Shown piece after piece: positions 39,295 to 62,928 of a stretch of 64,000 nt of DNA (positions are counted from its first letter, which is position 1; every line of letters starts with the position of its first letter). The position numbers and the translations under genes were made by a program. Source of the stretch: Macrostomum lignano (Eukaryota); NCBI GenBank assembly GCA_002269645.1, contig NIVC01000244.1, forward strand, positions 432,144 to 496,143, read 5' to 3'. The notes beneath the pieces were generated by a model. It saw only the letters and a list, made by a program, of their open reading frames with translations, was not told the DNA's origin and made no database searches.

Positions 39295-42200
39295 TAGCTC
39301 TTGTGCGACTGTAGCTCTTGTGCGACTGTAGCTCTTGTGCGACTGTATCTCTTGTGTGACACTGTAGCTCTTGTGTGACACTGTAGCTCTTGTGTGACAC
39401 TGTAGCTCTTGTGTGACACTGTAGCTCTTGTGCGACTGTAGCTCTTGTGTGACACTGTAGCTCTTGTGTGACACTGTAGCTCTTGTGTAACTGTAGCTCT
39501 TGTGTGACACTGTAGCTCTTGTGTAACTGTAGCTCTTGTGTGACACTGTAGCTCTTGTGTGACACTGTAGCTCTTGTTTGACACTGTAGCTCTTGTGTAA
39601 CTGTAGCTCTTGTGTGACACTGTAGCTCTTGTGTGACACTGTAGCTCTTGTGTAACTGTAGCTCTTGTGTGACACTGTAGCTCTTGTGTGACACTGTAGC
39701 TCTTGTGTGACACTGTAGCTCTTGTGTGACACTGTAGCTCTTGTGCGACTGTATCTCTTGTGTGAAATTGTAGCTCTTGTGCGACTGTATCTCTTGTGTG
39801 ACATTGTAGCTCTTGTGCGACTGTATCTCTTGTGTGACACTGTAGCTCTTGTGTGACACTGTAGCTCTTGTGTGACACTGTAGCTCTTGTGTGACACTGT
39901 AGCTCTTGTGTGACACTGTAGCTTTTGTGTGACACTGTAGCTCTTGTGTGACACTGTATCTCTTGTGTGACACTGTAGCTCTTGTGTGACACTGTAGCTC
40001 TTGTGTGACATTGTAGCTCTTGTGTAACTGTAGCTCTTGTGTGACACTGTAGCTCTTGTGTGACACTGTAGCTCTTGTGTAACTGTAGCTCTTGTGTGAC
40101 TGTAGCTCTTGTGTGACACTGTAGCTCTTGTGTAACTGTAGCTCTTGTGTGACACTGTAGCTCTTGTGTGACACTGTAGCTCTTGTGTAACTGTAGCTCT
40201 TGTGTGACACTGTAGCTCTTGTGTGACACTGTAGCTCTTGTGTGACACTGTAGCTCTTGTGTGACACTGTAGCTCTTGTGCGACTGTATCTCTTGTGTGA
40301 AATTGTAGCTCTTGTGCGACTGTATCTCTTGTGTGACATTGTAGCTCTTGTGCGACTGTATCTCTTGTGTGACACTGTAGCTCTTGTGTGACACTGTAGC
40401 TCTTGTGTGACACTGTAGCTCTTGTGTGACACTGTAGCTCTTGTGTGACACTGTAGCTTTTGTGTGACACTGTAGCTCTTGTGTGACACTGTATCTCTTG
40501 TGTGACACTGTAGCTCTTGTGTGACACTGTAGCTCTTGTGTGACATTGTAGCTCTTGTGTAACTGTAGCTCTTGTGTGACACTGTAGCTCTTGTGTGACA
40601 CTGTAGCTCTTGTGTAACTGTAGCTCTTGTGTGACTGTAGCTCTTGTGTGACACTGTAGCTCTTGTGTAACTGTAGCTCTTGTGTGACACTGTAGCTCTT
40701 GTGTGACACTGTAGCTCTTGTGTAACTGTAGCTCTTGTGTGACACTGTAGCTCTTGTGTGACACTGTAGCTCTTGTGTGACACTGTAGCTCTTGTGTGAC
40801 ACTGTAGCTCTTGTGTGACACTGTAGCTCTTGTTTGACACTGTAGCTCTTGTGTAACTGTAGCTCTTGTGTGACACTGTAGCTCTTGTGTGACACTGTAG
40901 CTCTTGTGTGACACTGTAGCTCTTGTGTGACACTGTAGCTCTTGTGCGACTGTATCTCTTGTGTGAAATTGTAGCTCTTGTGCGACTGTATCTCTTGTGT
41001 GACATTGTAGCTCTTGTGCGACTGTATCTCTTGTGTGACACTGTAGCTCTTGTGTGACACTGTAGCTCTTGTGTAACTGTAGCTCTTGTGTGACACTGTA
41101 GCTCTTGTGTGTGACACTGTAGCTCTTGTTGACACTGTAGCTCTTGTGTAACTGTAGCTCTTGTGTGACACTGTAGCTCTTGTGTGACACTGTAGCTCTT
41201 GTGTGACACTGTAGCTCTTGTGTAACTGTAGCTCTTGTGTGACACTGTAGCTCTTGTGTGACACTGTAGCTCTTGTGTGACACTGTAGCTCTTGTGTGAC
41301 ATTGTAGCTCTTGTGCGACTGTATCTCTTGTGTGACATTGTAGCTCTTGTGCGACTGTATCTCTTGTGTGACACTGTAGCTCTTGTGTGACACTATAGCT
41401 CTTGTGTGACACTGTAGCTCTTGTGTGACACTGTAGCTCTTGTGTGACACTGTAGCTTTTGTGTGACACTGTAGCTCTTGTGTGACACTGTATCTCTTGT
41501 GTGACACTGTAGCTCTTGTGTGACACTGTAGCTCTTGTGTGACATTGTAGCTCTTGTGTAACTGTAGCTCTTGTGTGACACTGTAGCTCTTGTGTGACAC
41601 TGTAGCTCTTGTGTAACTGTAGCTCTTGTGTGACACTGTAGCTCTTGTGTGACACTGTAGCTCTTGTGTAACTGTAGCTCTTGTGTGACACTGTAGCTCT
41701 TGTGTAACTGTAGCTCTTGTGTGACACTGTAGCTCTTGTGTGACACTGTAGCTCTTGTGTGACACTGTAGCTCTTGTGTGACACTGTAGCTTTTGTGTGA
41801 CACTGTAGCTCTTGTGTGACACTGTAGCTCTTGTGTGACACTGTAGCTCTTGTGTGACACTGTATCTCTTGTGTGACACTGTATCTCTTGTGTGACACTG
41901 TAGCTCTTGTGTGACACTGTAGCTCTTGTGTGACACTGTAGCTCTTGTGTAACTGTAGCTCTTGTGTGACACTGTAGCTCTTGTGTGACACTGTAGCTCT
42001 TGTGTGACTGTAGCTCTTGTGTGACTGTAGCTCTTGTGTGACTGTATCTCTTGTGTGACATTGTAGCTCTTGTGAGACTGTAGCTCTTGTGCGACTGTAT
42101 CTCTTGTGTGACACTGTAGCTCTTGTGCGACTGTATCTCTTGTGTGACACTGTAGCTCTTGTGTAACTGTAGCTCTTGTGTGACACTGTAGCTCTTGTGT

Positions 42201-45200
42201 GACACTGTAGCTCTTGTGTAACTGTAGCTCTTGTGTGACACTGTAGCTCTTGTGTAACTGTAGCTCTTGTGTGACACTGTAGCTCTTGTGTGACACTGTA
42301 GCTCTTGTTTGACACTGTAGCTCTTGTGTAACTGTAGCTCTTGTGTGACACTGTAGCTCTTGTGTGACACTGTAGCTCTTGTGTAACTGTAGCTCTTGTG
42401 TGACACTGTAGCTCTTGTGTGACACTGTAGCTCTTGTGTGACACTGTAGCTCTTGTGTGACACTGTAGCTCTTGTGCGACTGTATCTCTTGTGTGAAATT
42501 GTAGCTCTTGTGCGACTGTATCTCTTGTGTGACATTGTAGCTCTTGTGCGACTGTATCTCTTGTGTGACACTGTAGCTCTTGTGTGACACTGTAGCTCTT
42601 GTGTGACACTGTAGCTCTTGTGTGACACTGTAGCTCTTGTGTGACACTGTAGCTTTTGTGTGACACTGTAGCTCTTGTGTGACACTGTATCTCTTGTGTG
42701 ACACTGTAGCTCTTGTGTGACACTGTAGCTCTTGTGTGACATTGTAGCTCTTGTGTAACTGTAGCTCTTGTGTGACACTGTAGCTCTTGTGTGACACTGT
42801 AGCTCTTGTGTAACTGTAGCTCTTGTGTGACTGTAGCTCTTGTGTGACACTGTAGCTCTTGTGTAACTGTAGCTCTTGTGTGACACTGTAGCTCTTGTGT
42901 GACACTGTAGCTCTTGTGTAACTGTAGCTCTTGTGTGACACTGTAGCTCTTGTGTGACACTGTAGCTCTTGTGTGACACTGTAGCTCTTGTGTGACACTG
43001 TAGCTCTTGTGCGACTGTATCTCTTGTGTGAAATTGTAGCTCTTGTGCGACTGTATCTCTTGTGTGACATTGTAGCTCTTGTGCGACTGTATCTCTTGTG
43101 TGACACTGTAGCTCTTGTGTGACACTGTAGCTCTTGTGTGACACTGTAGCTCTTGTGTGACACTGTAGCTCTTGTGTGACACTGTAGCTTTTGTGTGACA
43201 CTGTAGCTCTTGTGTGACACTGTATCTCTTGTGTGACACTGTAGCTCTTGTGTGACACTGTAGCTCTTGTGTGACATTGTAGCTCTTGTGTAACTGTAGC
43301 TCTTGTGTGACACTGTAGCTCTTGTGTGACACTGTAGCTCTTGTGTAACTGTAGCTCTTGTGTGACTGTAGCTCTTGTGTGACACTGTAGCTCTTGTGTA
43401 ACTGTAGCTCTTGTGTGACACTGTAGCTCTTGTGTGACACTGTAGCTCTTGTGTAACTGTAGCTCTTGTGTGACACTGTAGCTCTTGTGTGACACTGTAG
43501 CTCTTGTGTGACACTGTAGCTCTTGTGTGACACTGTAGCTCTTGTGTGACACTGTAGCTCTTGTTTGACACTGTAGCTCTTGTGTAACTGTAGCTCTTGT
43601 GTGACACTGTAGCTCTTGTGTGACACTGTAGCTCTTGTGTGACACTGTAGCTCTTGTGTGACACTGTAGCTCTTGTGCGACTGTATCTCTTGTGTGAAAT
43701 TGTAGCTCTTGTGCGACTGTATCTCTTGTGTGACATTGTAGCTCTTGTGCGACTGTATCTCTTGTGTGACACTGTAGCTCTTGTGTGACACTGTAGCTCT
43801 TGTGTAACTGTAGCTCTTGTGTGACACTGTAGCTCTTGTGTGACACTGTAGCTCTTGTTTGACACTGTAGCTCTTGTGTAACTGTAGCTCTTGTGTGACA
43901 CTGTAGCTCTTGTGTGACACTGTAGCTCTTGTGTGACACTGTAGCTCTTGTGTAACTGTAGCTCTTGTGTGACACTGTAGCTCTTGTGTGACACTGTAGC
44001 TCTTGTGTGACACTGTAGCTCTTGTGTGACATTGTAGCTCTTGTGCGACTGTATCTCTTGTGTGACATTGTAGCTCTTGTGCGACTGTATCTCTTGTGTG
44101 ACACTGTAGCTCTTGTGTGACACTATAGCTCTTGTGTGACACTGTAGCTCTTGTGTGACACTGTAGCTCTTGTGTGACACTGTAGCTTTTGTGTGACACT
44201 GTAGCTCTTGTGTGACACTGTATCTCTTGTGTGACACTGTAGCTCTTGTGTGACACTGTAGCTCTTGTGTGACATTGTAGCTCTTGTGTAACTGTAGCTC
44301 TTGTGTGACACTGTAGCTCTTGTGTGACACTGTAGCTCTTGTGTAACTGTAGCTCTTGTGTGACACTGTAGCTCTTGTGTGACACTGTAGCTCTTGTGTA
44401 ACTGTAGCTCTTGTGTGACACTGTAGCTCTTGTGTAACTGTAGCTCTTGTGTGACACTGTAGCTCTTGTGTGACACTGTAGCTCTTGTGTGACACTGTAG
44501 CTCTTGTGTGACACTGTAGCTTTTGTGTGACACTGTAGCTCTTGTGTGACACTGTAGCTCTTGTGTGACACTGTAGCTCTTGTGTGACACTGTATCTCTT
44601 GTGTGACACTGTATCTCTTGTGTGACACTGTAGCTCTTGTGTGACACTGTAGCTCTTGTGTGACACTGTAGCTCTTGTGTAACTGTAGCTCTTGTGTGAC
44701 ACTGTAGCTCTTGTGTGACACTGTAGCTCTTGTGTGACTGTAGCTCTTGTGTGACTGTAGCTCTTGTGTGACTGTATCTCTTGTGTGACATTGTAGCTCT
44801 TGTGAGACTGTAGCTCTTGTGCGACTGTATCTCTTGTGTGACACTGTAGCTCTTGTGCGACTGTATCTCTTGTGTGACACTGTAGCTCTTGTGTAACTGT
44901 AGCTCTTGTGTGACACTGTAGCTCTTGTGTGACACTGTAGCTCTTGTGTAACTGTAGCTCTTGTGTGACACTGTAGCTCTTGTGTAACTGTAGCTCTTGT
45001 GTGACACTGTAGCTCTTGTGTGACACTGTAGCTCTTGTTTGACACTGTAGCTCTTGTGTAACTGTAGCTCTTGTGTGACACTGTAGCTCTTGTGTGACAC
45101 TGTAGCTCTTGTGTAACTGTAGCTCTTGTGTGACACTGTAGCTCTTGTGTGACACTGTAGCTCTTGTGTGACACTGTAGCTCTTGTGTGACACTGTAGCT

Positions 45201-47285
45201 CTTGTGCGACTGTATCTCTTGTGTGAAATTGTAGCTCTTGTGCGACTGTATCTCTTGTGTGACATTGTAGCTCTTGTGCGACTGTATCTCTTGTGTGACA
45301 CTGTAGCTCTTGTGTGACACTGTAGCTCTTGTGTGACACTGTAGCTCTTGTGTGACACTGTAGCTCTTGTGTGACACTGTAGCTTTTGTGTGACACTGTA
45401 GCTCTTGTGTGACACTGTATCTCTTGTGTGACACTGTAGCTCTTGTGTGACACTGTAGCTCTTGTGTGACATTGTAGCTCTTGTGTAACTGTAGCTCTTG
45501 TGTGACACTGTAGCTCTTGTGTGACACTGTAGCTCTTGTGTAACTGTAGCTCTTGTGTGACTGTAGCTCTTGTGTGACACTGTAGCTCTTGTGTAACTGT
45601 AGCTCTTGTGTGACACTGTAGCTCTTGTGTGACACTGTAGCTCTTGTGTAACTGTAGCTCTTGTGTGACACTGTAGCTCTTGTGTGACACTGTAGCTCTT
45701 GTGTGACACTGTAGCTCTTGTGTGACACTGTAGCTCTTGTGTGACACTGTAGCTCTTGTGTGACACTGTAGCTCTTGTGTGACACTGTAGCTCTTGTTTG
45801 ACACTGTAGCTCTTGTGTAACTGTAGCTCTTGTGTGACACTGTAGCTCTTGTGTAACTGTAGCTCTTGTGTGACACTGTAGCTCTTGTGTGACACTGTAG
45901 CTCTTGTGTGACACTGTAGCTCTTGTGTGACACTGTAGCTCTTGTGTAACTGTAGCTCTTGTGTGACACTGTAGCTCTTGTGTGACACTGTAGCTCTTGT
46001 GTAACTGTAGCTCTTGTGTGACACTGTAGCTCTTGTGTAACTGTAGCTCTTGTGTGACACTGTAGCTCTTGTGTGACACTGTAGCTCTTGTTTGACACTG
46101 TAGCTCTTGTGTAACTGTAGCTCTTGTGTGACACTGTAGCTCTTGTGTGACACTGTAGCTCTTGTGTGACACTGTAGCTCTTGTGTAACTGTAGCTCTTG
46201 TGTGACACTGTAGCTCTTGTGTGACACTGTAGCTCTTGTGTGACACTGTAGCTCTTGTGTGACATTGTAGCTCTTGTGCGACTGTATCTCTTGTGTGACA
46301 CTGTAGCTCTTGTGTGACACTATAGCTCTTGTGTGACACTGTAGCTCTTGTGTGACACTGTAGCTCTTGTGTGACACTGTAGCTTTTGTGTGACACTGTA
46401 GCTCTTGTGTGACACTGTATCTCTTGTGTGACACTGTAGCTCTTGTGTGACACTGTAGCTCTTGTGTGACATTGTAGCTCTTGTGTAACTGTAGCTCTTG
46501 TGTGACACTGTAGCTCTTGTGTGACACTGTAGCTCTTGTGTAACTGTAGCTCTTGTGTGACACTGTAGCTCTTGTGTGACACTGTAGCTCTTGTGTAACT
46601 GTAGCTCTTGTGTGACACTGTAGCTCTTGTGTAACTGTAGCTCTTGTGTGACACTGTAGCTCTTGTGTGACACTGTAGCTCTTGTGTGACACTGTAGCTC
46701 TTGTGTGACACTGTAGCTTTTGTGTGACACTGTAGCTCTTGTGTGACACTGTAGCTCTTGTGTGACACTGTAGCTCTTGTGTGACACTGTATCTCTTGTG
46801 TGACACTGTATCTCTTGTGTGACACTGTAGCTCTTGTGTGACACTGTAGCTCTTGTGTGACACTGTAGCTCTTGTGTAACTGTAGCTCTTGTGTGACACT
46901 GTAGCTCTTGTGTGACACTGTAGCTCTTGTGTGACTGTAGCTCTTGTGTGACTGTAGCTCTTGTGTGACTGTAGCTCTTGTTTGACACTGTAGCTCTTGT
47001 GTAACTGTAGCTCTTGTGTGACATTGTAGCTCTTGTGTGACACTGTAGCTCTTGTGTGACTGTAGCTCTTGTGTGACTGTAGCTCTTGTGTGAGATTGTA
47101 GCTCTTGTGTGACTGTAGCTCTTGTGTGACTGTAGCTCTTGTGTGACATTGTAGCTCTTGTGTGACACTGTAGCTCTTGTGTGACTGTAGCTCTTGTGTG
47201 ACATTGTAGCTCTTGTGTGACTGTAGCTCTTGTGTGACTGTAGCTTTTGTGTGACATTGTAGCTCTTGTGACATTGTAGCTCTAG
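39295..47285. repeat. 8-kb satellite of 19-bp (ACTGTAGCTCTTGTGTGAC) and 17-bp units with nested 535/666-bp and ~2.73-kb higher-order repeats
   Basis: Direct reading. The GAAATT variant is at 39764, 40299, 40965, 42495, 43030, 43696 and 45225; the CACTATAGCT variant is at 41391, 44121 and 46318. Confidence 0.98.
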
Positions 47286-47766
47286 CTTTGTAAAAATGTT
47301 GATAAACAATGAGGAATTAAGATTGTCTGTACTTTTAAGCCCGCCTTCAACACGAGTTATCAGTCAGTTTCCAACCAATTAATCCAACCCAGAAGCGAAT
47401 GCTAATTGAACATCAACTTTATAAGGGCTCCTCCATTCGCCCCATGTAAGGCAAAAGTCCTTTTTGAAATGAAATTATATTCCCGGGATGGAAAGTTCGC
47501 ACTTGTATCGATTCATATATAGCTTTCTATTCGGTACTAATAAGGTCTTAGGTGCACAAATAATAGTAGTAAATAGTGCCAATTTAATGCTAGAGAAAAA
47601 CAAAACATCCTTTGTTCGCTGACACCCTCTAATCACTGGCGGTCCTTTAGAGAGCTAAAATGTCTCATCCGATAAGAAAATGATGTTGAAGGTTTCGAAG
47701 TTTTTTATATTGAGACTCAGCAGCTTAGCGAGTATGGTAAAGGTTTAGGATTCTTGCTAGAGTTCA

Positions 47767-57198
<9,432 letters not shown>

Positions 57199-57274
57199 AG
57201 ATTGACCTTTGACCTTTGACTTTTAAAGACATTTAAGTGGCTTCCTCTAAGACAGAGAATTGCTAGTGAGGGGG

Positions 57275-57450
57275 CGAAAGTCTCAAGCTGGGAGTCTCTA
57301 GTGAGGAGCGAGAGTCTCATGCTAAGAGTCTCTAGTGAGGAGCGAGAGTCTCATGCTAAGAGTCTCTAGTGAGGAGCGAGAGTCTCATGCGGGGAGTCTC
57401 TAGTCAGGGAGCGAGGGTCTCATGCTGGGAGTCTCTAGTCAGGGAGCGAG
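57275..57450. repeat. 34-bp repeat in the putative protocadherin 3' UTR
   Basis: Unit GAGTCTCTAGTGAGGAGCGAGAGTCTCATGCTAA; period 34 (57301 to 57335); about 5 copies. Confidence 0.9.
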
Positions 57451-57774
57451 AGCGAGAGAGCTTGCTGTTGAGTTGTCCCACTCAGATGGTACATGCTTCC
57501 AGCATGTGTACTTCACTGAATTGACTTCGTTGTCAAGTATTTTAATCCTGTAAACATTTGTAAATTGTTTATTCCGTATCATTTTTAAAGTCGGGTTCAA
57601 AATTTTCTTTATACAGCAGCATCGATTAAAACAGCAGCGAAAGCATGTGCCTTCTTCCAATTATTGTGTAAAAATTCACCAATCAGTTAAACTGTGAACG
57701 GTACTTTACCACATGGAAAATACATATTTGCCTAGCTCTTGCTCTTGATATTTGTATTCAATTGATTCAAGACA

Positions 57775-58830
<1,056 letters not shown>

Positions 58831-59179
58831 TACCGTCATTTATATCTCGTCAGGTAAAAAAGCTTATGACTAAATTTCATATGGCTATAGGATTACCCAT
58901 AAGCAACTGCTGCAGTTACTTCTGCCTCGTAGTGTTTCGTTCTGGTCTTATCCATTTGGTTTCATATGCGCTCGTCGTATTTTCACCCCACTGTTAAAAA
59001 GGCGATCAGAAACCCTCTTCCCCGTAATATACCGGAGCTTCTGTCAGAACTCCCAGAGGGTCGTCATGCCGGTTTCAGCTCACCAGATTTCCAAATTAAC
59101 ATTAATATCGGTTTAAGTTACTGCTTCAACTATTTCTGCAGTTGTAACAGAATTATAGAGTGGAATAAAACAGATGTGA

Positions 59180-60490
59180 GATGGTGAGGGGAGAGGATAG
59201 ATGGAGTGAGGAGAGAAGGAGAGAGGTAAGAATTAGAGAGGATTAGAGAGGGTGAGGAGAGAGGTGAGATGGATAGAGGTGAGATGGATAGAGGTGAGAT
59301 GGAGAGAGGTGAGATGGATAGAGGTGAGATGAATAGAGGTGAGATGGATAGAGGTGAGATGGATAGAGGTGAGATGGATAAAGGTAAGATGGATATAGGT
59401 GAGATTGATAGAGGTGAGATGGATAGAGGTGAGATGGAGAGAGGTGAGATGGATAGAGGTGAGATGGATAAAGGTAAGATGGATATAGGTGAGATGGATA
59501 GAGGTGAGATGGATAGAGGTGAGATGGAGAGAGGTGAGATGGATAGAGGTGAGATGGATAGAGGTGAGATGGAGAGAGGTGAGATGGATAGAGGTGAGAT
59601 GGAGAAAGGTGAGATTGATAGAGGTGAGATGGATAGAGGTGAGATGGATAGAGGTGAGATGGATAGAGGTGAGATGGAGAGAGGTGAGATGGATAGAGGT
59701 GAGATGGAGAGAGGTGAGATTGATAGAGGTGAGATGGATAGAGGTGAGATGGAGAGAGGTGAGATGGATGGAGGTGAGATGGAGAGAGGTGAGATGGAGA
59801 GAGGTGAGATGGATGGAGGTGAGATGGATAGAGGTGAGATGGATATAGGTGAGATTGATAGAGGTGAGATGGATAGAGGTGAGATGGATAGAGGTGAGAT
59901 GGATAGAGGTGAGATGGAGAGAGGTGAGATGGATGGAGGTGAGATGGAGAGAGGTGAGATGGATGGAGGTGAGATGGAGAGAGGTGAGATGGAGAGAGGT
60001 GAGATGGAGAGAGGTGAGATGGATGGAGCTGAGATGGATAGAGGTGAGATGGAGAGAGGTGAGATGGAGAGAGGTGAGATGGAGAGAGGTGAGATGGAGA
60101 GAGGTGAGATGGAGAGAGGTGAGATGGAGATAGATGAGAGAGAGGTGAGAAGAAGAGAGGTGAGAAGAAGAGAGGTGAGAAGAAGAGAGGTGAGAAGAAG
60201 AGAGGTGAGAATAAGAGAGGTGAGAAGAAGAGAGGTGAGATGGATAGAGGTGAGATGGATATAGGTGAGATAGAGAGAGGAGAGAAGGAGAGAGGTGAGA
60301 ATTAGAGAGGATTAGAGAGGTGAGGAGAGAGGTGAGAAGGATAGAGTTGTGATGAATAGAGATGGAGAGAGGTGAGATGGAGAGAGGTGAGAATGATAGA
60401 GGTGAGATGGATAGAGGTAAGATGGAGAGATGTGAGATGGAGAGAGGGGTGAGATGGATATAGATGAGAGACAGGGGTGAGAGGTAGAGG
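59180..60490. repeat. 15-bp purine-rich satellite (GGTGAGATGGA[T/G]AGA)n, array 2
   Basis: Same unit family as 54445-55745. Confidence 0.97.
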
Positions 60491-62928
60491 GGTGAGAAAG
60501 AGAGGCGTGACTGAGACAGATGTGAAGGAGGGAGGTATCAGAAGATAGAGAGCTATAAAATGGAGAAAGCAACTTAAATGACCTGGGCATGAGAAGGGCA
60601 ACACGGGACAGCAAAAATCCGTGAGATAAGAGAGGAGAAGTAATCGAGAAACCCGACATGATAAGAGCACTCGTTTATCTTGGATCTATAGATCTCTTCA
60701 CAAGCCAAGAGACTCTGTCTTTAAAAAACGTTGAGCTTAACTGCTTGACCGAAACCTATCTTTTTTTAACTCATTAAAGAGACTTGAAAAAGACATTGGC
60801 AACAGCGTACTGTAGAGCCCTCAGCTGCTCAGCCACCCAGCTCGGCTTTAACGAGCAGCCAGCTTCATCTCTTTGTCGCAGCAGCTGTAGCTCCGAGAAT
60901 GCAATCGGTTGACGAGTTCAATGACGGATAGCCTGTCAGTCTGCTTTGGGGATCAAAAGTAAGCATTTTAAAAAATATTCCTCCATCAAACCGAAAGCTA
61001 CCGGCACAATAACATCCCCTATTCTCCCGCGCAAATAACTCCCCAAATCCCGCCTTCCCCATTCACCTCATCCCCAGAAACAGGCGGCCAGTTTTGTTAT
61101 GCCGACTCACGCCCGGCCCTGTCTGCGTGTTTGGCGTCTGCTGCTGCAGCTGAGGTGGGTGATGAGGCATCGCAGCCTCTCTCTTCTCCCTCTCCCCGAT
61201 TCCATCTCTTCCGTCTGCAGCAGCGGCAGCACTCACAGGTTTCTGTTCGGTAGCTTTACTGCCCCTGGCTCCGCTAGGAGAGACATGTAAAAAGGACATG
61301 GATCCGCGGATGGCGGAGGGCATTGTTTCACTTGCTTGGTTAGTTGGGCTTGCCTGGGTGGATGCTCTGCCATTGGCCCAGCCGCCGTGCAGCCTCTGAG
61401 CCCCGGTCTCAGACTCCCCTCGTTTTGTCCCATTCTCAACCCTTCCTCTCTCTATTAAATTGACTGTTCCTGAGCTCGCGCCCCCAGGCACTGCCATTCA
61501 CAGACTTAGCAGTTTAGCTGTATCGGTGTTAAGTGGCAACTCGGGTTACACTGCTGTCTCAAAAGACGTCCTACATCGGACAACTAGCAGGTAAGACTAG
61601 AAAAGTGCCGTTACTTTAATTATTGAGACTTTATAGGCTAGAGAGCTATGTAGTAGTTAAATGTATATGAGAGATTTTTGGTGCCTCCTAAGTCTGTAAG
61701 TCAGCTGCCCTCAGGCATTCTGGCCATCAGGTCAATATTACCTATCTAACTCGCTCACCTTTACAAGAAACTTGGACCCACGTTTTGGCTCTCAAGCAAA
61801 AAGTCACTGCCGCTGCGGCTGCTGCTTCCTGCAGCCAATAATTGATTGCTCTGAATTGATTCGCGAAGGGAAAACACGATGAGGCAGAGTGATGCTGAAT
61901 AAGAGCTAAAACAGCTAAAACAGCTAAAACAGCCAGACTCCCCGCAAAGTTTAAGTTCAAGTGCACTTACAAGTTCGCCAAGAAAGTTTTGGAAAAAAAT
62001 GTGAGCTCCCCTCAATAAAAACACAGACACCTGCTTCATCTGCAATCTGGAAGGCCTCGTGTCCTATAGAAGCTGGATTCCACCAACAGACCACCTGAAA
62101 GGCATGCGCTCAAGAAGTTGGTACCACCCTGTCAGTGTGACCCACCAGGTATTTGAGGATTCTAGGCCTAAGGAACGTGTTCAGTGCTAGGGTGACTGGC
62201 TCTCAACCTGAAGCAACAAACAGCAGCACTCTGTGTTTGCCTCTCGCCGGCAAGGCCCCCATGTTCGACGGTGTACACATTGACACAAGCACGTACCCTC
62301 TACGTACGCTCGTAGTTAACGTTCTCAAATGAATTTAAGAATGCTTCTAGTGGGTATTTGGTCCTTTAACCGTACGCACAAGGTGTTTCCGCACGAGTAT
62401 TGCAGGCCCAGTCACTGCCAATAGAGCAGATTGGGCAGGTAGGCTTTGGCGAGTTTGCTCAGCTGGCAGCATCACTTTTGCCAACAGAATTAACTTTCGT
62501 AATCACTTTTGCAAGAGCGAGATTTCCTGGCTAACTAGGTAGTGCGTGCACAACTTGCACTGTACGCTAGCGTGAAACCAAAGCAAATAACCCGTTAAAT
62601 CACCCCGGCAAGAGATTCCCACTGCTCTGAGAGTTAGTTTTGTAAGATCCGGATTTACTGTCGTTGCCTCTCGAGTACTCAATCCAGTCGATTATCTATC
62701 GATTTATGCACTGCGAGACGCCAAACTATTTTTAGCCGCCTACTGACCGTTCAGAGAGCCTCCTGGCCTTATCTAGTTAGCAAGTTGTGTCCGGGTTTAG
62801 CCCGGAAATGCTAGATCGAATGGCATCGTCATGACAACCAATACTGGCTGCGTTGCTGCTTTTCAATTTAGCAAGCTTGTTTGAATTGGAATTTACAAGG
62901 CTGAAGTTTAGAACCGAAGCAGTTCTGT

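Noticed and set aside
39208-47309. Giant minus-strand ORFs (2688, 2345, 1044 aa and others)
   Set aside because: The reverse complement of the 19/17-bp monomers has no stop triplet in any frame, so all three frames are open. The peptide simply cycles through frames and has no domain, so this is a satellite artefact.
61063-61497. 144-aa minus-strand ORF
   Set aside because: Low-complexity, no recognisable domain and no convincing splice partners.
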